A stretch of DNA of 39,404 bases from Thiobacillaceae bacterium (GTDB lineage: Bacteria > Pseudomonadota > Gammaproteobacteria > Burkholderiales > Thiobacillaceae), in NCBI GenBank assembly GCA_036734185.1, contig DAIMZB010000001.1, positions 29,000-68,403 of the forward strand, read 5' to 3'. Both the position numbers and the translations under genes were made by a program. Each line of letters opens with the position of its first letter. Position 1 is the stretch's first letter. Shown one piece after another: positions 11,675 to 20,395 of the stretch. Under the pieces are notes generated by a model. That model ran no database searches. It was not told the origin of the DNA and saw nothing but the letters and a program-made list of their open reading frames with translations.

Positions 11675-12236
11675 TTTTTTCGCGGACCGCTGTTTCCTGA
11701 TCCTTTTTTCCATGGTGTTCGCCGCCATGCCGCTGAAGGCGGCAGACATGGAGGAAGCCATAACGGTGCTTTCTGCCACGCTCAAGCCGGCGGCGGACGA
11801 TTGGGTGCTCAATGCCGCATTGAACGTGAAGCTTAACCGGGCCCAGGAAGACGGGCTGATGAAGGGCATTCCGCTGAACTTCGTCACCGAGGCGAAACTG
11901 CAGCGCAAGCGCACGTGGTGGTTCAACGAGGATATCGCCGCGGCCAGTCGAACCGGCCGCCTGAACTACAGCACCCTTACCCGGCGCTATCAACTCGAAA
12001 CGGCAGAAGGTTTCAAGGCTTACGACACCCTGCCGGAGGCCCTGGCCGTATTGGGGCGCGTCGAGAACTGGGCCATCGCCTCCGGCAAAAACATCAAGGC
12101 CGGCAGCACTTACGTAGCCGCGCTGCGCATGCGGCTGGACGTGGCCCAGCTGTCCAAGCCGCTTCAGATCAAGGCGCTTGGCTCTGCCAAATGGGATGTG
12201 GAAAGCGACTGGCACGAGTGGGAAGTCACGCCTTGA
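11613..12236 (+). CDS. DUF4390 exported protein associated with the downstream two-component system
   Basis: Signal-like N-terminus, GIPLNF, LNYSTLTRRY, LRMRLDVAQLSKPLQI. Position between rsmB and the sensor kinase. Start uncertain (11613 or 11637). Confidence 0.8.
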   Translation: MMTTTVFTMPCLSVSRIRQNSFFADRCFLILFSMVFAAMPLKAADMEEAITVLSATLKPAADDWVLNAALNVKLNRAQEDGLMKGIPLNFVTEAKLQRKRTWWFNEDIAAASRTGRLNYSTLTRRYQLETAEGFKAYDTLPEALAVLGRVENWAIASGKNIKAGSTYVAALRMRLDVAQLSKPLQIKALGSAKWDVESDWHEWEVTP

Positions 12237-14368
12237 TGCGCTACCTGCTGGCCGCTGCCGCGGTACTGGGCGTGGCGGTCATGGCCCTGCTGTTTCCGGC
12301 CAGCGGCGACACGCCGCTGCTTTCCGAAGGCTTTCCGGTGCTGCTGGTTGTCGGCGCGGCCATCGCCGTGGGGCTGGTGGCCCTGGTCGGCTGGCAACTG
12401 TGGCAGCTGCGCCGGCGCATTCGCGCGGGGGTCTTCGGCAGCAAGCTGACCTTGAGGCTAATGCTGTGGTTTGGACTGGTGGCTCTGCTGCCGGCAACCG
12501 TGGTGTTCGGCGCCTCGGTGTTTTTCCTCAACCGCAGCATCGAGACCTGGTTCGATGTGCGGGTCGACACGGCGCTTGGTTCGGGTGTCAACCTCGGGCA
12601 GGCGGCGCTGGACGACTTGCTCCTGGACCTCACCAAGAAAACCGAGCGCATGGCCCTGGCCTTGTCCGATGCCGGACCCGGCTCGGTCATCACCATGCTG
12701 TCATCGCTGCGCGAACAGGCCGCAGTGAACGAAGCCACGCTGTTCGACGACAAGGGCGGCGTGATTGTGACGGCGGCAGGCGAGAAGGCCGGGCTGCTGC
12801 CGGAAATACCCGAGCGCGCCATCCTGTGGCAGGTCTTGCAGGAAAAATCCTACAGCCGGGTCGACGACCTGCCAGGGAAGGGCCTGGTCATGCGCGTGCT
12901 GGTGCCGGTCTACAGCACCTCTTTTGCCGGCGAGACCCGCGTGCTGCAGGTTTTGAACGCCGTCCCGCCCAGCCTGGCCCGTGATGCCGAGGCGGTGCAA
13001 AGCGCCTACCGCGACTACCAGCAAATCGCCACTTCGCGCCTTGGGCTCAAGCGCATGTACGGCATGGCGCTCACGCTTACCCTGTTGCTGGCCTTGCTGC
13101 TGACCATCGCGCTCGCCTACCTGCTTTCCGACAAGATGGGCGCGCCGCTGCGTACCCTGGCGCGCGGCACGCGCGCGGTGGCGAAAGGCGATTTTTCGCA
13201 GATGCAGGCGGTACAGAGCCGCGATGAGCTGGGCGCGCTGATCCTGTCTTTCAACGACATGACGCGGCAGCTGTCCGAGGCCCGCGGCGAAGCCGAGCGC
13301 AACCAGTTGCAGACCGAACAGGCAAAGGCCTACCTGGAAAGCGTGCTGGCAAACCTCTCTTCGGGAGTGGTCGCGCTGGACCACAAGCTGCGGGTGCGTG
13401 CCATCAACGATGCCGCGATTCGCATACTCGAACCCGGCGGCGAGAGCCTGTCCGGCAAGCCGCTTGTCGAATGGGGCGCGGCCGGCACGCCCTTGCGCAA
13501 GTTTGGCGAAGAGGCGGCAGAGCGCTTTGTCGCGGCCGAGGGCGAGAACTGGAACGCGCAGATGGAGTTCCCCCGCCCTGGCCACATGCAAATCCTGCTG
13601 GTGCGCGGCAGCAAGCTCGCGGAAGAGGTGCGCCGCGGCTACACCCTGGTATTCGACGATGTGACCAAGCTGATTCGCGCCGAGCGCGATGCCGCCTGGG
13701 GCGAAGTGGCGCGGCGGCTGGCGCACGAAATCAAGAACCCGCTCACCCCCATCCAGCTCTCGGCCGAGCGCCTGTCGCTGCGGCTGAAGGACCGGCTGGC
13801 GGGCGGTGATGCCGAAATGCTGGTGCGGGCAACCGACACCATTGTCAACCAGGTGGGCGCAATGAAAGGCATGGTGGACGCCTTTGCCAGCTACGCGCGC
13901 ATGCCCGCCGCCAAGATCGCGCCGCTGGATTTGAACGCCCTGATCCGCGAAGTGCTGACGCTGTACGACAGCGCCGGCATACAGGCGGATTTGTTGCCAA
14001 ACCTGCCCATGGCGGCGGGGGATTCCACACTCATGCGCCAAGTGATACATAATCTGTTGCAAAATGCGCAGGATGCGCTGGCTGGCAAGCCGGGGGGAAA
14101 GGTTGCCATCCGTACGGAAGCGCTCGAGGACGGCGTGAGGCTGATTGTCGTGGATAATGGTCCCGGTTTTCCGGAAAACATGATGGCCAAAATGTTCGAG
14201 CCATATGCCACGACAAAACCGAAGGGCACGGGATTGGGTTTGCCGATAGTGAAAAAGATCGTTGAAGAACTCAAGGGGGGCATCCGGGTGGAGAATCTGC
14301 CGGATGGAGGTGCATGCGTGTGCGTGACATTGCCGGTTTACACGGGTTCCACAGGGGGTAAGCAGTGA
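12236..14368 (+). CDS. NtrY-like membrane sensor histidine kinase (HAMP-PAS-HisKA-HATPase)
   Basis: TGATG overlap with the upstream stop. N-terminal TM segments, HAMP (DELGALILSFNDMT), H-box AWGEVARRLAHEIKNPLTPIQLSAE, DNGPG, GTGLGL. Confidence 0.92.
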   Translation: MRYLLAAAAVLGVAVMALLFPASGDTPLLSEGFPVLLVVGAAIAVGLVALVGWQLWQLRRRIRAGVFGSKLTLRLMLWFGLVALLPATVVFGASVFFLNRSIETWFDVRVDTALGSGVNLGQAALDDLLLDLTKKTERMALALSDAGPGSVITMLSSLREQAAVNEATLFDDKGGVIVTAAGEKAGLLPEIPERAILWQVLQEKSYSRVDDLPGKGLVMRVLVPVYSTSFAGETRVLQVLNAVPPSLARDAEAVQSAYRDYQQIATSRLGLKRMYGMALTLTLLLALLLTIALAYLLSDKMGAPLRTLARGTRAVAKGDFSQMQAVQSRDELGALILSFNDMTRQLSEARGEAERNQLQTEQAKAYLESVLANLSSGVVALDHKLRVRAINDAAIRILEPGGESLSGKPLVEWGAAGTPLRKFGEEAAERFVAAEGENWNAQMEFPRPGHMQILLVRGSKLAEEVRRGYTLVFDDVTKLIRAERDAAWGEVARRLAHEIKNPLTPIQLSAERLSLRLKDRLAGGDAEMLVRATDTIVNQVGAMKGMVDAFASYARMPAAKIAPLDLNALIREVLTLYDSAGIQADLLPNLPMAAGDSTLMRQVIHNLLQNAQDALAGKPGGKVAIRTEALEDGVRLIVVDNGPGFPENMMAKMFEPYATTKPKGTGLGLPIVKKIVEELKGGIRVENLPDGGACVCVTLPVYTGSTGGKQ

Positions 14369-15642
14369 GCGGTTATGTTTTGGTAGTGGATGACGAAGTT
14401 GGCATCCGTGACCTGCTGTCGGAAATTCTGACCGAGGAAGGCTATGACGTGCACGTGGCGGAAAACGCCGAGGAGGCGCGCCGCTATCGCTCGGAGCGCC
14501 GCCCCGACCTGGTTCTGCTCGATATCTGGATGCCCGATATCGACGGCGTGACCCTGCTCAAGGAGTGGGCGGCAAGCGGGCAGCTCACCATGCCCGTCGT
14601 CATGATGTCCGGGCACGCCACCATTGATACCGCCGTCGAGGCGACCAGGCTGGGCGCTGTCGATTTCCTGGAAAAGCCCATCGCCCTGGCCAAGCTTCTG
14701 GCCGCCGTCACCAAAGCCATCAAAAAAGCGGATGCGCCCCGCCGCGCGCCCTCATTCGAGCTCTCCGCGCTGGGCAAGAGCCAGGTGGTGCAGGATCTGA
14801 AAAAGCGCCTGGCGCAGATTGCCGGCCACACGCACCCGGTGCTGCTTTCGGGCGAGCCGGGCAGCGGTTTCGATTTGTGCGCGCGTTTCCTGCACCCGGT
14901 CAACATGCCGTGGGTGGAAATCACCGAGCGCGGGCAACTGGTGGCCTCGCCCTCTGAGCTGGCGGCAAAGGTTGAAAACGGCACCCTCTATCTTTCCGAA
15001 CTGTCGGAACTCAACAAGCTCGAGCAAAAAGGCCTTTCCCTGCTGATCGACAAGCTCAATGGCAGCACCGCCCGCCTGGTGTGCGCTACCAGCCGCAGCA
15101 TGGACGAACTGATTGCGACAAACGAATTCGACGCACGCCTGTACTACCGGCTGTCCACCGTCAGCGTGCACATCCCGCCCCTGCGCGAGCACCGCGAGGA
15201 CATTCCTGACATCGCGAATTTCATGCTCACGCAAATGATTGAAAGCGGCGAATGCCCGTCGCGCAAATTCAGCATTGCGGCCCTCAACCAGCTGCGCCAT
15301 TTCGACTGGCCCGGCAACCTGCCGCAGCTCAACAACATTGTGCGTTCGCTCGCGATTGCCACGCTGTCGGACGAAATCGACAGCGAGGATGTCAGCCGTG
15401 TGGTGGCGCCTCTGAAGCAGAATACAGCCCCTTCGATCGCGCAGATGATTCCCATGGACGCGCCGTTGCGCGAAGCGCGCGACGTGTTCGAGCGCCTGTA
15501 TTTCGAACAGCTCATCCAGAAGGAGGGCGGCAGCATGACCCGGGTGGCCGACAGGGCCGGGCTTGAGCGCACCCACCTTTACCGCAAGCTCAAACAGCTG
15601 AACATCCGCCACGGTAAGCGACTGGACGAAGATCTGGGCTGA
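14365..15642 (+). CDS. NtrX-like response regulator (REC, degenerate AAA+, Fis-type HTH)
   Basis: GTG start overlapping the kinase stop. VVDDE, LLDIWMP, MSGH, EKP. WPGN. C-terminal GLERTHLYRKLK. Confidence 0.9.
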   Translation: MSGYVLVVDDEVGIRDLLSEILTEEGYDVHVAENAEEARRYRSERRPDLVLLDIWMPDIDGVTLLKEWAASGQLTMPVVMMSGHATIDTAVEATRLGAVDFLEKPIALAKLLAAVTKAIKKADAPRRAPSFELSALGKSQVVQDLKKRLAQIAGHTHPVLLSGEPGSGFDLCARFLHPVNMPWVEITERGQLVASPSELAAKVENGTLYLSELSELNKLEQKGLSLLIDKLNGSTARLVCATSRSMDELIATNEFDARLYYRLSTVSVHIPPLREHREDIPDIANFMLTQMIESGECPSRKFSIAALNQLRHFDWPGNLPQLNNIVRSLAIATLSDEIDSEDVSRVVAPLKQNTAPSIAQMIPMDAPLREARDVFERLYFEQLIQKEGGSMTRVADRAGLERTHLYRKLKQLNIRHGKRLDEDLG

Positions 15643-15653
15643 GTCGCCACGCA

Positions 15654-17039
15654 ATGAAAATCATCATTCTCGGCGCCGGCCAGGTTGGCGGTACGCTTGC
15701 CGAAAGCCTGGTAGCCGAAAACAACGACCTTACCCTGGTGGATATGGATCAAGAGCGCCTGGCGCAGCTGCAGGACCGCTTCGACCTGCGTACCGTCCAG
15801 GGCCATGCTGCCCACCCCTCGGTGCTGGAAAAGGCGGGGGCCGCGGATGCCGACATGGTGGTCGCCGTTACACAAAGCGACGAAACCAACCTGGTTGCCT
15901 GCAGGCTGTGCGCCAGCGAGTTCAACGTTCCCACCCGCGTGGCCCGGTTGCGCTCGACAGACTACCTCGCCCTGGATGGCGAAAATGGTGAACCCCTTGC
16001 GCGCCGGCATTTTTCGGTCGACCACACCATCAGCCCGGAACAGGAGATCACGCATTATCTGCGCCGTCTGGTCGAACACCCCGAGGCCCTTCAGGTGCTC
16101 GATTTCGCCGACGGCCGCGTGCGCCTGGTGGCGGTGCGGGCCTACCACGGCGGCCCGCTGGTCGGGCATGAGCTGCAGGTCATCCGCAAGCACATGCCGG
16201 ACCTCGAATGCCGGGTAGCGGCGATTTTCCGCAAGGATCGCGGCATCGTGCCGGAGGGGCATACCGTCATCGAACCCGGCGACGAGGTTTTCTTCCTGGC
16301 CAGAAAGGAAGACATCCAGCCGGTGATGCGCGAGCTGCGGCGCATGGACCGTCCGGTCAGGAAAGTCATGATCGCGGGCGGCGGCAACATCGGCAAGCGG
16401 CTGGCGGCTGCGCTCGAACGGGATTACGAGGTCAAGGTCATCGACCACAACAAGCAGCGCTGCGCCCAGCTCGGGGCCGAGTTGCACCACACGCTGGTGC
16501 TGCAGGGAGACGTCACCGACGAGGAGCTGCTGGGCCAGGAAAACGTCCACGACATGGATGTTTTCTGCGCGCTGACCAACGATGACGAGGACAACATCAT
16601 GGCCGCGCTGCTGGCCAAGCGCATGGGTGCGCATCGCGTCATCGCGCTGATCAACCGCGCGGCCTATGTCGACCTGGTGCAGGGCGGCCAGATCGACATT
16701 GCCGTTTCGCCCGCCCAGGCTACCCTGGGCCCGCTACTGTCAAAGATCCGTCGCGGCGACATGGCGGTAGTGCACAGCCTGCGCCGGGGCGCAGCCGAGG
16801 CGCTGGAAGTCGTGGTGCATGGCGACGCTGGCAACTCCAAGGTCGCCGGCCACCGCATCGAGGAAATCAGCCTGCCTGAGGGTGCGACCATCGGCGCGAT
16901 CATCCGCGGCGGGGAAGTCATCATTCCGCATCACGACACCCTCATCCAGTCCGAGGACCACGTCATCCTGTTCGTGCTCAACAAGCGCATGATTCCGAAG
17001 GTGGAGAAGCTCTTCCAGGCTGGCTTCAGCTTCTTATGA
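15654..17039 (+). CDS. trkA: Trk K+ uptake NAD-binding subunit
   Basis: Two RCK Rossmann motifs, GAGQVG and GGGNIG. SLRRGAAEALE. Confidence 0.96.
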   Translation: MKIIILGAGQVGGTLAESLVAENNDLTLVDMDQERLAQLQDRFDLRTVQGHAAHPSVLEKAGAADADMVVAVTQSDETNLVACRLCASEFNVPTRVARLRSTDYLALDGENGEPLARRHFSVDHTISPEQEITHYLRRLVEHPEALQVLDFADGRVRLVAVRAYHGGPLVGHELQVIRKHMPDLECRVAAIFRKDRGIVPEGHTVIEPGDEVFFLARKEDIQPVMRELRRMDRPVRKVMIAGGGNIGKRLAAALERDYEVKVIDHNKQRCAQLGAELHHTLVLQGDVTDEELLGQENVHDMDVFCALTNDDEDNIMAALLAKRMGAHRVIALINRAAYVDLVQGGQIDIAVSPAQATLGPLLSKIRRGDMAVVHSLRRGAAEALEVVVHGDAGNSKVAGHRIEEISLPEGATIGAIIRGGEVIIPHHDTLIQSEDHVILFVLNKRMIPKVEKLFQAGFSFL

Positions 17040-18493
17040 ACCGCGTATTGCCCATTGTTCACGTGCTGGGCCTGGTGGTGCTGATTTTCGCGTTCGCGCT
17101 GCTCCTGCCGGTCGCCGCCGGGTTGTATTTTCACGATGCGGCTGCGACCGCCTACGATGACGCCTTTGTCGTTATTTTCCTGTCCGGCCTTTTCATGTGG
17201 CTGGGCACGCGTCACAAAAAGCGCGAGCTGCAAATCAAGGACGGCTTTCTGCTCGTGGCCCTGGTCTGGGCCGTGTTGCCGGCCTTCGCCGCCCTGCCTT
17301 TTCTGATCCATTTCCCGGATCTTTCGTTCACCGACGCCTACTTCGAGGCCGTATCCGGCATGACTACGACAGGCGCGACCGTCTTTACCGGGCTTGACAC
17401 CATGCCGCCCTCCATCAATCTCTGGCGGCACCTTCTTAATTGGATGGGGGGGATGGGCATTATCGTTCTTGCCGTGGCCATTTTGCCGATGCTGGGTATT
17501 GGTGGACGGCAGATATTCAAGGCTGAAACGCCGGGGCCGATGAAGGACTCGCAGCTGACTCCGCGCATCGCGCAAACGGCCAAAGGCCTCTGGGCGATCT
17601 ATGCGGCCATTACACTGGCCTGCGTGCTCTCGCTGCGCGTGGCTGGCATGAGCTGGTTCGACGCTCTTTGCCATGCGTTTTCCGCGCTTTCCCTGGGTGG
17701 GTTTTCGACGCATGACGCCAGCATCGGATATTTCAATTCCGTGCCCATCGAAGTCGTGCTCACCGTGTTCCAGATAATCGCGGCGGGCAATTTCACCACG
17801 CACTTTCTTGTCTGGCGCACACGCAATGCGGCTGCCTATCGAAGCGATGCCGAGATGAAGGCCCTTCTCGTCTGGCTGGCAGCGGGCATATTGGTGGTGA
17901 CCCTCTTTCTCTGGCTGAAAGGGGTCTATCCTGATTTCCTGTCAGCATTGCGTTATGCGAGCTTCAATGTGGTTACCATTGCTACCGATTGTGGCTATGC
18001 CAGCACGGATTTTGCCCAATGGCCGATTTTTGCCCCGCTTCTGATGTTGCTGATGAGTGCCATGCTGGTATGTTCCGGTTCGACGGGTGGAGGCATCAAG
18101 ATGATCCGCACCATGATTCTTTTCAAGCAGGCGGGACGGGAAATGAAGCGGTTGATGCATCCTCAAGCGCACATCCCGCTTAAAGTCGGACAGCAGGTGA
18201 TCGAAAACAAGGTCGTGCTTTCAGTGCTGGCCTTTGTCGCGCTGTATCTGGGAACCGTGGTGGTCCTGTCTTTTGCGCTAATGGGCAGCGGGCTGGATTT
18301 TGTCTCCGCTTTCAGCGCCATCATCGCCTGTATCAACAACGCGGGCCCTGGCCTGGGCGTGGTGGGGCCGGCCAACAATTATGCCGCGCTTACCGATTTC
18401 CAGACATGGACATGTACCTTGGCCATGGTGCTGGGGCGGCTTGAGCTGTTTACCTTTTTTGTCCTGTTCACGCGGACGTTCTGGCGCTCATGA
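17036..18493 (+). CDS. trkH: Trk K+ uptake membrane subunit
   Basis: Pore-loop motifs SGMTTTGAT, SLGGFS, ATDCGY, NNAGPG. GSTGGGIK and GRLE. Confidence 0.95.
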   Translation: MNRVLPIVHVLGLVVLIFAFALLLPVAAGLYFHDAAATAYDDAFVVIFLSGLFMWLGTRHKKRELQIKDGFLLVALVWAVLPAFAALPFLIHFPDLSFTDAYFEAVSGMTTTGATVFTGLDTMPPSINLWRHLLNWMGGMGIIVLAVAILPMLGIGGRQIFKAETPGPMKDSQLTPRIAQTAKGLWAIYAAITLACVLSLRVAGMSWFDALCHAFSALSLGGFSTHDASIGYFNSVPIEVVLTVFQIIAAGNFTTHFLVWRTRNAAAYRSDAEMKALLVWLAAGILVVTLFLWLKGVYPDFLSALRYASFNVVTIATDCGYASTDFAQWPIFAPLLMLLMSAMLVCSGSTGGGIKMIRTMILFKQAGREMKRLMHPQAHIPLKVGQQVIENKVVLSVLAFVALYLGTVVVLSFALMGSGLDFVSAFSAIIACINNAGPGLGVVGPANNYAALTDFQTWTCTLAMVLGRLELFTFFVLFTRTFWRS

Positions 18494-18816
18494 CCCCTGC
18501 CATCGAAAACTTTGAAAAAATGCTGGCGTCCGGCAAGGACAATGCCCTGCTGCGCTTTTCGCTCGGCAATGCCTATCTGGGCGCAGGCGAGGCCACCAGG
18601 GCGGTGCCGCACCTGCAGAAGGCGGTTGAGCATGACCCGAAGTACTCCGCCGCCTGGAAGCTGCTGGGACGGGCGCTGAACGAGTCGGGCGATGCCCGGG
18701 CTGCGCTCGAAGCCTACCGCAAGGGCATCGAGATTGCGCAGGCCAAGGGCGATATTCAGGCGGCCAAGGAAATGACGGTGTTTGCCCGGCGCATTGAAAA
18801 AAGCCTGGGCTTATAA
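18490..18816 (+). CDS. Small tetratricopeptide-repeat protein
   Basis: ATGA overlap with trkH. TPR pattern LRFSLGNAYL...AVEHDPKYSAAWKLLGRAL...ALEAYRKGI. Confidence 0.8.
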   Translation: MTPAIENFEKMLASGKDNALLRFSLGNAYLGAGEATRAVPHLQKAVEHDPKYSAAWKLLGRALNESGDARAALEAYRKGIEIAQAKGDIQAAKEMTVFARRIEKSLGL

Positions 18817-18855
18817 TTCAGGACATTCGACAGCAATCAATTTCAGGAGCAGAAC

Positions 18856-19128
18856 ATGACCCGCATGGTGCATTGCATCAAACTTGGCCGCGAGGCCGAA
18901 GGCCTCGCTTTTCCTCCGGTTCCGGGTGAACTCGGCAAGCGGATTTTCGAAAACGTGTCCAAGGAGGCCTGGACTGGCTGGACGCGCCACCAGACCATGC
19001 TCATCAACGAAAACCGCCTGAGCCTGGCCGATCCGCAGGCGCGCAAGTACTTGATGGCGCAAATGGAGCAGTATTTCTTTGGCGCCGGCGCTGATCACGT
19101 GGCGGGCTATGTCCCGCCCAGCAAGTAG
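18856..19128 (+). CDS. yggX: Fe(II)-trafficking / oxidative damage protection protein YggX
   Basis: [22 protein letters not shown]...[17 protein letters not shown]...[10 protein letters not shown]. Confidence 0.93.
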   Translation: MTRMVHCIKLGREAEGLAFPPVPGELGKRIFENVSKEAWTGWTRHQTMLINENRLSLADPQARKYLMAQMEQYFFGAGADHVAGYVPPSK

Positions 19129-19145
19129 TTCCTTTCCGCGCGTCG

Positions 19146-19183
19146 AAAAACAAAACGGGCTCGCTGAGCCCGTTTGTTTTTTT
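19146..19183. terminator. Bidirectional intrinsic terminator between yggX and phoU
   Basis: A-rich tract, AAACGGGCTC-GCT-GAGCCCGTTT, then T-rich tract. Confidence 0.85.
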
Positions 19184-19197
19184 GGATTGATGGGAAT

Positions 19198-19899
19198 CTA
19201 CATCAATTCCTTTTCCATATCCTCCAGCGAAGTATGGCGGACATCCTTGCCCTTGACCATGTAGACCACATACTCCGACATGTTTTTGGCATGGTCGCCC
19301 ATGCGCTCGATCGCCTTGGCGGCGAACAGAATATCGATGGCAACGGAGATGGTGCGCGGGTCTTCCATCATGAAGGTGATGAGGTGGCGAAGGTTGAGAC
19401 GGAATTCCTCGTCCACCTCGTTATCCTGGCGCGCAATGGTGGTCGCATTGCTGGCATCCAGGCGGGCGAAACCGTCCAGCGCCTTCCTCAGCATGTCCAG
19501 CACGACCGTGGCCATGAACTTGACTTCATTGAAGCGCGGCAGCACCAGGCGCTCGCCCTGGTGGATGAATTTGGCCATGCGCGCGATCTTGGCGGCTTCG
19601 TCGCCAATGCGCTCGAGGTCGGTAATGGTCTTCACCACCATCATCAGCATGCGCAGGTCCGAGGCCGTCGGCGCGCGGCGCGCGATGACGTGGGCCACCT
19701 CCTCGTCAATCTGCACCTCGAGCGCATTGACGAAATGGTCGTGGGTGATGACCTCATCCGCGAGGTTGAGGTCGCCGCTGGTCAGCGCTTCGACGGAACG
19801 GGTGATCTGCTCTTCCACCAAGCCGCCCATTTTCAGGACGTTGGCGCGAATGCTCTCCAGGTCCATGTCAAATTGCTTGAAGGTATGTTCAGTGGGCAT
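19198..19899 (-). CDS. phoU: Phosphate signalling protein PhoU
   Basis: AGGAG RBS. MGGLVEEQI, PTASDLR, DLERIGDEA, MMEDPRTI, ERMGDHAKN. Confidence 0.96.
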   Translation of the reverse strand: MPTEHTFKQFDMDLESIRANVLKMGGLVEEQITRSVEALTSGDLNLADEVITHDHFVNALEVQIDEEVAHVIARRAPTASDLRMLMMVVKTITDLERIGDEAAKIARMAKFIHQGERLVLPRFNEVKFMATVVLDMLRKALDGFARLDASNATTIARQDNEVDEEFRLNLRHLITFMMEDPRTISVAIDILFAAKAIERMGDHAKNMSEYVVYMVKGKDVRHTSLEDMEKELM

Positions 19900-19922
19900 T
19901 TCTATTCTCCTGAGACTGATCC

Positions 19923-19955
19923 ATTATAAGCCGGAGTGTGACAAATGCGTGACAG
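19923..19955 (-). promoter_or_regulatory. Pho box plus -10 element of the phoU promoter
   Basis: Minus strand CTGTCAC-GCAT-TTGTCAC (19955-19938), 9 nt, TATAAT (19928-19923). Matches the PhoB box CTGTCAT-N4-CTGTCAY layout. Confidence 0.8.
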
Positions 19956-19978
19956 CGCGAGCGACGGCCGGCAGGGGG

Positions 19979-20395
19979 TCAGCGAGTGTTGAAGCTGACA
20001 ATATAGAGTTGCCCGTCGAGGTCGAGTTCCGCGACCCAGTCGACCCGGCTGACAGTGCAAACCGGCAGCGTGACGCGCGCGGTCCACTGGCCGTCGGCGC
20101 CGGGTTTCAGGTCATAGCGGTTGAAGCCCATGTCCATGCCCACCATCTGGAACGAGGCCGAGGCCTTGTGCAGGCCGGGGCCGGCGATTGAAAGCTCGAA
20201 TGGCTTGAGCGCCTCGGGCCGCGCGGAAAACCGCAGGTTCGCTGGCAGGCCCTTGTGCAGGAAAGCGCAGCCCGCCACGGGGTCGGCACAGGCGATCGGC
20301 TGCGCCGACTGCTTCGGCGCCTTTTGCCAGGCACCCCACAGCGCGAGCGCGGCCAGCGCGGCGATGACGAGCATGGGCACAAGCAGACGCTTCAT
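19979..20395 (-). CDS. Membrane-anchored hypothetical protein with a Met/Cys motif (YtkA/FixH-like)
   Basis: ATG 20395 overlaps the Nudix gene stop (ATGA). N-terminal TM helix, CADPVAGC, FQMVGMDMG, LPVC. Confidence 0.65.
   Translation of the reverse strand: MKRLLVPMLVIAALAALALWGAWQKAPKQSAQPIACADPVAGCAFLHKGLPANLRFSARPEALKPFELSIAGPGLHKASASFQMVGMDMGFNRYDLKPGADGQWTARVTLPVCTVSRVDWVAELDLDGQLYIVSFNTR

Noticed and set aside
11915..12235. N-terminal extensions in the ORF track (kinase from 11915, Nudix from 21780, DUF815 from 22529, addA from 27761, trhO from 2363, def from 7916)
   Set aside because: They overlap neighbouring real genes or intergenic DNA; downstream starts with stop/start coupling or family-typical N-termini fit better.
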